A stretch of DNA of 33,139 nucleotides. It comes from Raillietiella orientalis (Eukaryota). Shown one piece after another: positions 13,190-24,242 of the stretch. Below the pieces are notes generated by a model, which did no database searches, was not told the origin of the DNA, and worked only from the letters and a program-made list of their open reading frames with translations. The number at the start of each line of letters is the position of its first letter. The first letter of the stretch is position 1. The translations under genes and the position numbers were made by a program. The DNA is taken from NCBI GenBank assembly GCA_036172245.1, contig JAYWIR010000048.1:1302001-1335139 (forward strand). The letters run 5' to 3'.

Positions 13190-14100
13190 GCGGCACGCGC
13201 GTTGCCACTACTCAGAGATAGCTCCATGAGATGCGGGCTGAACTCATCTTTGTTCCTCCCTTGCATCACCATGAGCTAGAAGTGTGTTTAAGGGCGTTTC
13301 TTGTTGAACTCTGTGGCTAATGCGGAAGGTGCGCTTGCGGGACCAATGCTGAAGAAGCCATCACGTCATCAAGTAAGCCATCACGGGCAGCAGACTCATA
13401 GCAAAGCAGTCCGATGCTTGGGATGCCTTACCGGTGAAACGCAAAACTTCGGAAGGTTTCTGAGATGAAGGTGCATCTCGGGATGGGGTCGCAGGAGTCT
13501 TGGAAGCGCAGGGACGCAAAAGTGGACGTCTTAGCTGAAATCCTTGCGTTGCGAAAGTGCAACCGCTGCGCTGCAATGCCGACAAAGACTTTTCGCCTCC
13601 GTCGAAGACTCCCACGCGCATGGGGAATCGAGGTGGGTGCATAGCAATGGGGTTCTTTGCTACCCCGAATCGTCGATCCTTTAATGGATCATGCACGACG
13701 TTGAAAAATTTTGCAAGGAGATGACTCACACGTTTCAGCTGCTACTGCTGGCCGTAGTTCTTTTCTTGGCAATCAGCATGTCTGCCGCAAACTCTATGAA
13801 GCTCCGCCATCATTGGGATAACTTAAGATTTCGGAATTACAATGGAAACTGTACATTTTCTCTCGAAATTCCAAATGAACTGGGTGCGTCTTTGGATGTT
13901 TGCCGGATAGGATGGGGACCCGATGTATTGCCAACAAAACGTAAAGAACGATGCTCTGTCGATGTCACGGTAAGATGACAGTACGCCTTGAGGATTGCCA
14001 TATCGGTTTTGTCAGACTGACAGCGGGCTTCCGGAGTATGTAACCGTCTTCCTCGTTGAAGGTCCCTGTAAGCTTCATTGCATATTCTCACCTCAAAATG
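13190..14100 (-). pseudogene. Decayed protein kinase domain (TKL/TK-like)
   Basis: Subdomain remnants in the correct order: EAYRDLQRG (I), DMAILK..H..LRFVG (III-IV), AADM..EKNY..LK....LL (VI), frameshifted KIxDFGVAK (VII), PSEVLRFTGKASQASDCFAMSLL (VIII-IX), LMEL..*WQH (XI). HRD and VAIK are destroyed. Confidence 0.55.
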
Positions 14101-15459
14101 GGTAAGAGACCTCTCCATTTCAGCATCGAAACATGGACTTTGCTTTACCCCATTTGCATTGATATTTCCTCACAAATACGAGATGCAATCCAAATGGGGA
14201 CTTCTGTCCTGCGTCTGGATGCGATTTTCATCACAGGATGAACGCGCAACTCGGTGCTTTCCATCTTCGGCATTATGAAAGGCAAGACAGCATGCCGCTG
14301 ATCAGCGATGCTGTCTTTTCGTAGTTTTTCTATCACCTTTGATAAACTTGCAAGGCAATGGATCCTCGCCACGGTTATCAACTTGACTGCGTGGCTCGGG
14401 GTGGCAAAGTTCAAATTACGATTTTTCCTGATCTCAATATAATTTTTGAGATGCAAATACCAACGTCCCAATCCAAACTTCTTATCAGAATCATCCATGA
14501 CGTTCACAGAATTCACGGCATAAAAGTACATATACCACTATTGATAGACAGCATACTCTTTCAAAGAAGATGTCTTCTTTTTTAACCGAAACTTTATTTA
14601 TTTCAGTAAAAAGGCAAAGTTGCATTACATCCTGACATTAACAACTCCGTTCGGTGTGGAGTGCGAGTTTCCTTCAGATTCCCTATGCACGCTGGAATTC
14701 GCGCCAGGAGATGGTTGGCATGGTCCACAGGATCCCGCAGAATACGAAGAAAAGAACTGATAATGAGAGAAGAACATGTCATTTTTTGCCTTGTACTGAA
14801 AAAATTGACAGTTTATGGTTCTCATTTATTCTCATTTCCGAATACAGCGGAATGATCGAAGAAGGCCATCAATCTGCAGTGCGTTTGAACGTTAAACCAC
14901 CAGGAACGTGTCTTTCGTTTCGAGTTGCCACGAACAGCAATGCACGCGTTAAATCCAGGTCGCAAGCGCGGTGCGTAAGAGTCAAAGGTCATCTGATCAT
15001 CTGACCTGTTCGTGCATAGAATTCAGTACTGTTACTGAAAGCTATGCGATGGGCTTAGCTGATGGCTCCCTACGATGATATTTCTCGGCAGAAGCACAGC
15101 GTGTTGCTCGATCAATGGGGAGCGAACTCGCAGCTTCGCCGTTGGAAAGCACATGCGGCGATGGGTGGGTTTCCAGAATCTGCAGCCTGCGGCAAGCAGC
15201 CCAATAGCGATGAATGAATGGACGGGAGGGAACGAAGCTGACCAGCTAGGATAACATCCGCGATGCAGAAGCAGTCACGGCCTTACACTGCTGCCGAGCA
15301 TCTCCGAAAATACGTGAATTGATACGAGAAACGCGAATGTTGCACCTTGAGGCACTTCTATTCAAATGGTGATAATAATCTGCACAGAAAATTTGAGAAT
15401 AATGGAGTTGCTTTCAAATTCCGTGAGTTTCAGATGAAGCTAAGATGAGCACTTGGGAC

Positions 15460-16200
15460 CTTCTCCTGCTTTTTTGTATGCAATCTGGAATTGCATCTGC
15501 GAAATTAAATCATAAGTGCAAGCATGCTTGAGATTCTCTATCACTTGAAAACAACCAAAGTTATGTGTCTCTGTAAAGTATTGAGCCCGCCTTCTCAGAA
15601 TTGCAAACTTGAGATGAGCCAGACGTTTGAGCCGTACGTGCACTACTCTCAGAAGTGTGCGTGGATATAAACTTCAGGATGCGTCTCTGGAGACGTAATC
15701 TCTTCCGTTCCGAGCCAAGTTTGAAGACAACACTCGGGAAATGACGACTGCTGAGCCAGGCTTCTGCAGCAGGCACCTCAGTTCTTGCAATGATATGCTC
15801 CCAATTCGAGTTTCCACTTGAAACGTGCGAGCTTTCCTGCAGATCATGCAGGTAAAACATCGCAAGCATGTCTGCTCGAGCTTCCATACTTCCCACAGAT
15901 GATGCATCGTAGGCGTCTTCACGGTGAATTGAAAGAATTCTCGCAACGAATGTGTTTCTGGAGGAAGTAGTTGGGAAAAATTTTTGATGGATCACGACGG
16001 CATAAACCCACTCCTTCTCACCAAGTTATTGCCATCTCGGGATTCCAGGGGCTATGGCAAGTTTTCGTGCGCCCTGCGTACACCACTCAGGTGAGCAGAG
16101 GCAATCTGTTAGAGATTCTTCTTTCCGATGACTTCTCTGAAGTATCTCCCAATGTCTTCGTTGCTCTGTTTTTGACCCTCTTGTCTCCAGTCACCTGCAC
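15460..16200 (-). pseudogene. Decayed copy 4 of the unidentified family
   Basis: ASAHL, FVARILS, QRRILK..VHVRL..LAHLKFAI and SQMQFQI are colinear with copies 1-3. Confidence 0.3.
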
Positions 16201-16884
16201 CATAAACATTCTCGGCAGCTACTCTCCTCTCCGAACCTTCCTGATTCACCATCCCATTGCGACCTTCCATACAACTATCTCCATTTATCACATTTCTTGA
16301 ATCTGGCTAATCCAATGCACGCAACGTGGAAACGAAACACATCATTTCCTCTCCCTTCACTCATAGAAGCACAAATCTCAAAATTCAACCCACATGGTTT
16401 CATCATCACCACCACGGTAAAAATTCTCGCCTTGGCATTCTAAAATGGTCCCATCATCCTCATACCCTAATTTCCACTTGTTGCCATGGAAGTAACTGTA
16501 GGACTTATTCAAGCTTACAGCTTTCCTACCCAAACCTCTTCATGTACAAAAATGCGTTTGATATCAATACACCAACTGTTTATTTTTCATCCTCGCAACC
16601 AGAACCAGGCCACCGGTAACTTCACTTACTTTCTCAGCACCACCGATAACCCTTTCACCAATCTTCACATAGACATGAACACACTCCGCTGCAAAGTCAA
16701 AATTTCAGGTAGATTTATCCAGGAGAACAGGAGTCTGAATTTCTGGGTATCCTTGCAAAAATAAAAGATGCATTTTACCTTGCAATGCTCAAATCCATTC
16801 TGTAAAGGAAACTTTCATTTATTTCTTTCTTTTGAGCATTCTTCAATGTCAACTTTAGGGTAAAGTAAGAATTCCTTATTTTCT

Positions 16885-17640
16885 AGGGGAGATTTCGACG
16901 GTGGCGAAGCGATGTTCTTTGGGCACACCACTTTGGTATGACCCTTCTCGCCACAAGTTGGGCATAGTGCGTCCAGGCATCTCTTTTTGAGATGCCCGAA
17001 CGTCTTACAAATTCCGCAAAACTTTGGCTTACCCACTCACCCGACGTCGACGAACTCGCCTCCGAGCTGGAGATTGTGGGGAAGTTCAAAACCCTTGCGC
17101 AAGGTCACGCGTTTAGCGACACGCCCACTGAAAGCGGCCCTGACCCCGAAAAGGTTGGGCTTCCTCCACTACACATGAATCACGGCGCATTTTTCAATTT
17201 CGCTGCGAATGGCCGTTTCGTCCATTCGCACCGTTCTTCCCGTTGCATGGATCAGGATCGATCGGTCCACCGTGTGGGGGAGGATGTTGCGTCCCTCCAT
17301 CTGTAGGGACGTGAACAGCGGTCTGAGAGTTAGAGCTGCTTCTTTGCAGGTTAACTCGGCGCAGTGGCCACAGCTGCGCACGGAGAGGCACGCAATCTCC
17401 TCTTCCTTAATGCCCATCCTAAGGATGGCATTCTCGAATTTTCGCATCCGGAGAGGCGAATACAAATTACCTACCCTGTGAAGGAGGGCGGGATTATAGC
17501 CCTCCCGGATGTAGGCAACAACTTCGACGGTGACATCCAACGTTTCTGCAGCTGCACCGCCCCACGCTCCATGCCCTAGCCGAGGAGGCGGCAGACTATT
17601 GGGTTGTGGGGCGTGACCCCACCTCCGCATACTTGGATGA
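16885..17640 (-). pseudogene. Copy X: ORF1 fragment (RRM-like domain plus two CCHC knuckles), 3'-truncated
   Basis: AYIREGYNPALLHRVGNLYS...GKPKFCGICKTFGHLKKRCLDALCPTCGEKGHTKVVCPK; one stop and a frameshift. Confidence 0.92.
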
Positions 17641-17666
17641 CGTGATTTTACAGCATCCCAGCGGAA

Positions 17667-18268
17667 ATTTATCACCCGGATATGAAGGAGCATTTCTTTT
17701 TCACAATTTTTTAATAGAAAAAAAATTTCACAGTGAGGTCTTGTAGTTATAAATATGTGCAGGAAGAACACGTGGTTCCGCCTATCTTGACACACTTGCC
17801 GCTGCCAATTCGCAGACTCCTGAGATCCCCTCTGGAGGCAATGGGGAAGGAAAAACCTCAAAGGAAAACAGAAAAACCAAACAAAAACCAATAGGAGAGA
17901 AATGTTTTAGGAAAAGGGAGGGCTGGGAAGGGATCATCGTTCGCCCCGAGTGGTCCTCTGCATCCTGTTTAGGATGCGGACAAGCGCCGGAAGTAATGCT
18001 CTCAGCCCGGACCATAGGGAAGCTTTCTCAATGTTGAGTCGCCCAGAAAATGGCGTTTCTGCTCTTATGTCATCTCCTGGACACAGCCCATTTTCCCAAG
18101 ATCCCACGTATGCAGCAGAAAACTGCCATACACGCGGCTGCTGGCAGGACGTCCTGCATGAAGAGGCGACGGAAAATGTCCTTCGGGTCGCCCCCGGGAA
18201 TGTTCAAGATCGCTGACAGTCGATCCCACATGGGTCGAAGGGCGACACACTCGATGAAGAGGTGGAGG
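17667..18268 (-). mobile_element. Copy Y: ORF2 C-terminus plus 3' UTR
   Basis: LHLFIECVALRPMWDRLSAILNIPGGDPKDIFRRLFMQD..FCCIRGI aligns with the ORF2 end of copy C; stop near 17934; T-rich tract, GTCTGCG (17811-17817) and CCGGGTGATAAA terminus. Confidence 0.85.
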
Positions 18269-18480
18269 GGAGGACGGCCTGCCAGCAGAATTTTTTCAAT
18301 GTTTTGCGACAGAGCTCGCCCCCCTGGTAAAGAAACTCACCTTGCTAATCCGCGAAATGGCAGACGTCCCCGCCTCGTTTCGTTCGGCAAAGGTGCGTCT
18401 CCTCCCTAAGGGAGGAGACCTTCGGAGCATGAGCAACTGGCGGCCGATTACCGTTATAAACGCGGACGCCAAGTTGCTGG
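18267..18480 (+). mobile_element. Copy Z: short RT N-terminal fragment
   Basis: GEDGLPAEFFQCFATELAPLVKKLTLLIREMADVPASFRSAKVRLLPKGGDLRSMSNWRPITVINADAKLL matches RT motifs 0-2 of copy F. Confidence 0.92.
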
Positions 18481-20567
18481 TTGCAACCTGGTCACGCCGG
18501 GGCGTTTATTATAAATTCTCTATAATTCGTGGTACGAGGCCCCACTACTGCCAACTCAACAGGACCTGCCGGGTCGCCGGTACGCAGACCGGCGCGACTC
18601 TCCTCGGCAGCGAAAGGGGATGGGGGAAAAAACAAAAAGAAAAATAAAACATAGAAAACAAAAAGATTTGGGAGGGTTGGGGAGGGATCACTGACCACTG
18701 GGAGGAGGGTCCATCCTTTGCAGGATGCCCTCAAGGTCCGTCCGTATGGTTCCCAGGTGGGGCCATCTGGTTGCAATCCGCAAATAGCGAACTGCAAGTT
18801 CGATGGCATCCCTGTCGTGGCTCGGACTTCTTGTGTCACTCCAGCACGTCACAATCCCGCGTACGCAGCAAAGTGCAGCCAGGGCAGCGGCTGTTCGCAG
18901 GGCATCCTGCACGAACAGAAGCCGAAAAACGTCTCTGGGCTGGCTGCCATCCTGAATCCGTAGGGAGGCACGAAGACGTTCCCACAGGGGTCGGAAGGCA
19001 GCACAATCAACAAGGAGGTGGGAAAAAGTTTCCCGCTCCCCACACCTGATGCAGGCAGGATCTACTCGATCCCTGGTCCAGTGGTGGCGGCGTGCGTTGC
19101 ATGGTAGACCCCAATGCAACAACAGAAGCGCCGAATCCTGCCACTTCAGGGGGGGGATCCTCGAACCAATTAATACCGAGGGCCACTTCAGGTCATCCGG
19201 CTGGATGCCGAGCAGCTCGCCTCATCTCGTAAGTCCTCTCGGCTGGACACTAGGGGTAGTGGCGTCCGCCAGTTCCCCCATGGACCAGCCGCTCATCAAC
19301 TTCTCCTTGCCTGCGATGCGGCAGGACACTTGGCACCTAGGCTTGCGGCTGCTGGAGAACGCCGTAGCTAGGGGCGTGGTCTCGGCCCACGTGCTTCTCG
19401 CGGGACACTGGAGTATCTTCCGCAGAGTGCAGAGGGAATAGGCGCCGCGTCGCAGGCAGTTCCACATCTCTTCATTCTTTTCATTAATCTTCGCCCACGT
19501 GCCAGCTGTCTCCTCCAGCCATGCGGAGGAGTTGGCGGGGCTGCATACCATCCAGCCGTTTTCCTTAGCCAGAGTTGCCATGCGTCCCAGGAGAAGTCCG
19601 CATCTCTTGATCTTCGAGCCACGGCACAGAAGATAAGACGCGAGACCCTCCGTTCCGGATACACGGCTGGCAAGGAGGCGGGCCGGAACGCACCAAGGGG
19701 TGCTCCATAACTTCGCTGCGATGGCAAGGGAGCGCCATCGCAGCTAAATCTTTACTCGCTCCAACGTCAAGAGGCCGATACCGCCATCCCGACGTGGAGC
19801 ACGCAAGTCCTTCAACAAGACTCGGGGCCTCCTTCTTCCCCAAAGGGCAATTCTAAGGAGGTCCTTCGTCCGTTTCTTCAACTCTCTGGAGACGGGGCAA
19901 ACAAAAAGCAGGGGGCGGAGGATGGGAGCCGCGAACGCGTTCCATACCGCGGCCCGTTCCGGAAGGAGACACTTGTCTTCCAGGAACGGGCCGATCGCCG
20001 TTTCCACTTTCTGGAGGCAGCCGGACCACGCTTCCGCAGGAGACAAGTCCCCCAACGAAACACCAAGGTACTTCAAGCACTTCGCCGTGGGGATCCCCAA
20101 GCAGACTCAGTTCTGCTGCCCTGCCCACGCCGCACCAACTGGCATCACGGACGACTTCGCCCTGTTCACCGTAAGTCCGGTTCCCCGACGCAGCAGGTCG
20201 AAGAACTCCCCGACCGCCTTCGCCGGGGTGGACATCGGCAACAAGAGCAAAAGATCGTCGGCGTACGATGCAACGACGGGCGTGCCAGGGCACAAGCTTG
20301 GCAAGGGCGCCAAAGTCACCCTGTACGCTTTCAGCACCAACTCAAAGTAGGTGCTAAAGAGCAGGGGACTGAGGCTGTCGCCCTGCCGTATGCCCCGCCG
20401 TACCGGCACGCCGTACGCCATTTGACCTCTGAAAGAGATATTGATTAGCGCGCTGCGCCAGCTAGAGCGCAGGTAGGTCAGTAGGGAGGGAGGGAAGCCC
20501 ATGCGTCCCAGGAACTCCAGCAAGAGATCCTGGTCCACGCAGTCGACCGCCTTGTGCGCTCTAGGGC
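18481..20567 (-). mobile_element. Copy C: 3' half of ORF2 (RT from the HKA.D motif, C-terminal CCHC) plus complete 3' UTR; pseudogenised
   Basis: HKAVDCVDQ, RRGIRQGDSLSPLLF, YADD, KYLGV, CIRCGERETFSHLLVDC; stop at 18688; internal stops and frameshifts; terminal hairpin at 18487-18501. Confidence 0.95.
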
Positions 20568-21710
20568 GGACGTGTTTTCTTGGTGCTCCTTGTGCCAGGA
20601 AGTCTTCCCCAGAGCAAGCGTCGTGTGGTTCGGTGGTCGATAAGGCAGCGATGCCTGACGCGACCACCAGGGATGGCAAGAAAGCAGCGGCAACGTCGCT
20701 CCCAGAGGCGATGGAGGTGGGGGCATCCGCCCCCACAGAATCGGTCCCCGCTGCAGCGCGGGCGTGGAGCGCCGTTGTGTGGGCGCCATCGCCTGCAGTC
20801 GCGGCGAAATTGTCGGCCTATGTAGAGGAGGGGTACAACCCCTCATTGTTCTACAAGGTAGGCAATCTCTATTCTTTATAGAGCGCGCGCGCCGTCTCGA
20901 AGGGCATGCGCGCTCTCGATGTGAAAGAGGAGGAGCTCAGCGCTATGACCATCCGCAGCGGGGGTCAGTACGTTGAGGTCATCTGCAAACAAGCAGAGCT
21001 GGCCCAACGACTGCTTAAAACCCCCGTGGTGATGGGGACGCGCAGGCTCCTCCCTATTACGGCGGACCGCAGCATGATGGTCCACCTGTTAGGTGTTACC
21101 GCGCGGATGCGCAAGGAACAGGTTCGCGCCGCGTTGGAGGAATACGGAACGGTCCACGCGCAGTGGACGAAAGTTAGTCCTTTCAAGGACTACACGGGGC
21201 TGCAACACGGCCTCACTGCTGCGCGCGTGACCGTTCGGGAGGGCTGCACTCTTTCCCACAAACTGGTGGTCGAAGGCGAAACCGTCGACCTCTGGTATGT
21301 GGGGAAGCCGAAATACTGTGGCTTCTGCAATACGTCGGGCCACCTCAAAAAGAGGTGTCCCAATGTGCAGTGCCAAGTATGCGGAACCATGGGACACACG
21401 AAGGAGGTGTGCCCAAAAGAAGCAGTGCGGGTGGTTTCCAAGAGAAACCTTAAAAAACGCGCCCGGCTTCTGCAGAAAAGGCTGGCGGCGAAAGCTGCCG
21501 CGAAAGCTGTGCCACCCGCGCCCAAGGCCCAGGCCGCACCCAAGACCCCGGCGAACAACGCTGAGCAAGTCGTGGGAACTAGCCAGGAGCCTGGGTGGCA
21601 GGTGGCTACGGCCAAAGAATCAAAGAAGGAGAGGAGGATCGAGAAAAAGCTCGCGTACCGCCAGAAAAAACAGCAGGCAAGCGAGCAGATAAAAGAAGGC
21701 AGCGTTGTCG
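20565..21710 (+). mobile_element. Copy D: 5' UTR plus N-terminal half of ORF1 (ATG 20651, one premature TAG at 20879-20881)
   Basis: ORFs 20501-20881 and 20906-21859 share a frame; RRM-like region and CGFCNTSGHLKKRC / CQVCGTMGHTKEVC knuckles; interrupted at about 21710 by the 3' end of copy E. Confidence 0.93.
20567..20578 (+). promoter_or_regulatory. 5'-end motif CGGACGTGTTTT of copy D (candidate internal promoter element)
   Basis: The same motif opens copy F at 24169; the function is inferred. Confidence 0.45.
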
Positions 21711-21741
21711 TTTATTACCCGGTTGCGCCGGGACGTTTATT
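21711..21741 (-). other. LINE 3'-terminal signal: AATAAA followed by hairpin CCCGG-CGCAA-CCGGG and TAATAAA
   Basis: Perfect 5-bp stem; homologous termini at 18487-18510, 10054-10076 and (decayed) 17667-17690. Confidence 0.7.
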
Positions 21742-24160
21742 CATAATATCAACTGGGAACTGTGTTCCCAGGCAAGGGGAACAGAAAATGGGGAGTAGAT
21801 TTTCCAAAACGCAGACCGGGCACACTGAGAGTTCGGAACGGGAGAGGGGGGCACAATAAATAAATAAATTGGGTGGGAGGACGGGGACAGGGGTATACTG
21901 TCTAACCGTTCCTATTCTCAGAACCGGCGGTGAATGCCGCCGATCTCCGTCCTCACTTCTGCTCCAAGATGTGGCCACCCGGCAGCCAATTGCAGGTTGC
22001 AGGCTGCGGTGTCGGGGACCGACGTTGGGACTGCTCGCATCTGCAATACGTGGCGGACCCTGACAATGGCGCGGACGCAGCAGATGATTGAGACGATCGC
22101 TCCAAGAGAAAGACCGCCACGCGTGTAGAAGCGGCGCATCCAATCGAGTGCGGTGTGTCCGGGGTGCAGGAGCGCTGAAGACAGCCGCTGCCACAGATCC
22201 TGGAGGGCACCGCACTCAAACAGCAAATGCGGAAGCGATTCCACCGCTCCGCATTGGGCACAGTTCGGGGACGCAACTCCCCCGGAAATCAGGTGCGCCC
22301 GCTGGTTGCAGTACAAACCCCAATGCACCAGCAGAAAAGCGTCCTGTTTCCACCGAAGAGGGAAGAGAGTCGCGTTCAAACACGCAGAAGGGACCACAAG
22401 TTCATCGGTGGGCACCCCGAGGAGCTCACTCCACCGGAGAAGTCCCTTGGCACGAAGGCGAAGTGTGGCAGCGTCTGCCACTTCGCAAGTCTGCCAGCCG
22501 CCCAGCAGTCGGGTTTCGCCTGCGATTTCGCAAGGGATCTCCCACCTCGCCGGCAGGTCACTGTCATCTCGCACCATCAGTGCACACAGTGCTTCGGCGA
22601 GTGGCATAGCGGCTAGGCGTGTCCACTGGTCCTGGTCTTCCAGCACCTCCCCCACTGGACAGTATGGGGAAATGTTAACGCAACGGAGTTCCAAACGGGA
22701 CACATCCTGTTGCTCTGCCCAGGACGATAAGGCTTCCTGCCTCCAGGCATTGATGCTCGTCGGCTGGCAGGAGATCCACGCATGCTTTTCCAGAAGCGAG
22801 GCGAGCTGCTTCAGAGGGAAGCCGAATCCTCTCTGGATGCGCTCCGTGCGCAGATGCAACGAACGTAGTCCGTCGCCACCCGTGCAGCGCCGCAGCAGCA
22901 GCCGCGCTGGAGCACACCAGGGAGTAGTCCATAGCTGCGCACAAAGTGCCAGCATGCGGAACTGCACTAGCAGTCCGATCCGCTCCAGCGTCAGGATGCC
23001 CAATCGTGCATCCCGCCGAGGAGCCGCCAAGTCCTTCAGGCGTATCCTGGACCTCGCCGGTCCCCACAGGGCGTTCCGCAACAGGCGTTGCGCCCGGCGC
23101 TTAGCCGAGTAAGGAGGAGGACAAAGAAAAAAGAGGGGACGGAGGAGGGGGGCAACGAAAATGTTCCACACGAAGGCCCGTTCCGACAGGAGAAACCTGC
23201 CGCCCTGGAACGGGCCCAGAGCAGTCTCTGCCTTGTGAAGGCAGTCCGACCACGCTTCTGCTAAACAGAAGGCGCCCAAGGGAACGCCGAGGTACTTCAA
23301 GCACCTGCCCGTGGGGATCCCCAGGCGGATCCAGTCGGACTGCCCCTCCCACGTAGAGCCAACCGGTACAACGGTTGATTTCGTCCTGTTGACGCTCAGG
23401 CCCGCTCCTCGACGAATGAGCTCGAAGAAGTCCTCGAGCCTGGACGCCGGGGTGGACATGGGCAGCAGCAGGAGAAGGTCGTCAGCATAGGCGGCCACGG
23501 CCGGTGTTCCCGGGCAGTAGCTCGGCAGGTTGGCCAGCGTAAGCCTGTACGCCCTCAGCACCATCTCGAAGAAGATGCTGAAGAGCAGGGGGCTTAAGCT
23601 GTCTCCCTGCCTGATACCCCGCCGTATGGAAATGCCGTACACGTGGCGCCCGCTGAAAGAGATACAGCATAAAGCGTGGCGTTAGCAGGAGCGCAAGTAG
23701 GCGATGAGGTGCGTCGGTAGGCCTACGCGTCCCAGAAGCTCCAGAAGGAGGTCCTGGTTTACGCTATCGAACGCTTTGCAGAGATCGACGGCGACCGCTT
23801 AGGCTCCCGGCGTTCCATCGTGCCTCGAACACCGCCGCTTACCTTTGGCAGCGGCGATTTCGGCTGCCTTGCTCTGCTGCGCCACGCGCTGCTGCAACTC
23901 GAACCATGTTCGCGCGAAAAAGAGATTCGCGTCCATGGACCGCCCCGGAACAGCATACGTCTGCTCCGGACTTACCAAGGACTCTGCGATTCTCCCCAGG
24001 CGCGCGACCCATAGCTTGGAGAACAACTTGATGTCCGAATTCACCAATGTGATGGGACGCCGGTTGCTGAGGTGGCGCAAATCACCGCCTTTCGGTAGGA
24101 GCGGCACCTTTGCTGAGCGGAAAGAAGCGGGAACATCTCCCGTCTCACGCATCAGCGACG
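21711..24160 (-). mobile_element. Copy E: RT through C-terminal CCHC of ORF2 plus complete 3' UTR; pseudogenised
   Basis: LMRETGDVPASF..RPITLVNSDIK..DLCKAFD, then 574-aa ORF 21918-23642 with QGDSLSPLLF, YADD, KYLGV and CAQCGAVESLPHLLFEC; stops near 23680 and 23799. Confidence 0.96.
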
Positions 24161-24168
24161 GTCGCGTA

Positions 24169-24181
24169 CGGACGTGCTTTT
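24169..24181 (+). promoter_or_regulatory. 5'-end motif CGGACGTGCTTTT of copy F (candidate internal promoter element)
   Basis: Shared with the divergent copy D, within about 10 nt of the element boundary. Confidence 0.45.
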
Positions 24182-24242
24182 GCGTCGCTCCGCGGTAGAT
24201 TGGCTCTTGTGTGTTTTTGTTCTGCTGTGCTTCTGTGCTGCA

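Noticed and set aside
14710..14750. ILRDPVD on the minus strand resembles a sulfotransferase 3'-PB motif
   Set aside because: Single short motif with no upstream 5'-PSB (K.GT) motif.
16670..16770. F-box-like string LLFSWINLPEILTLQR-VC on the minus strand
   Set aside because: Needs frameshifts and is too short to support a call.
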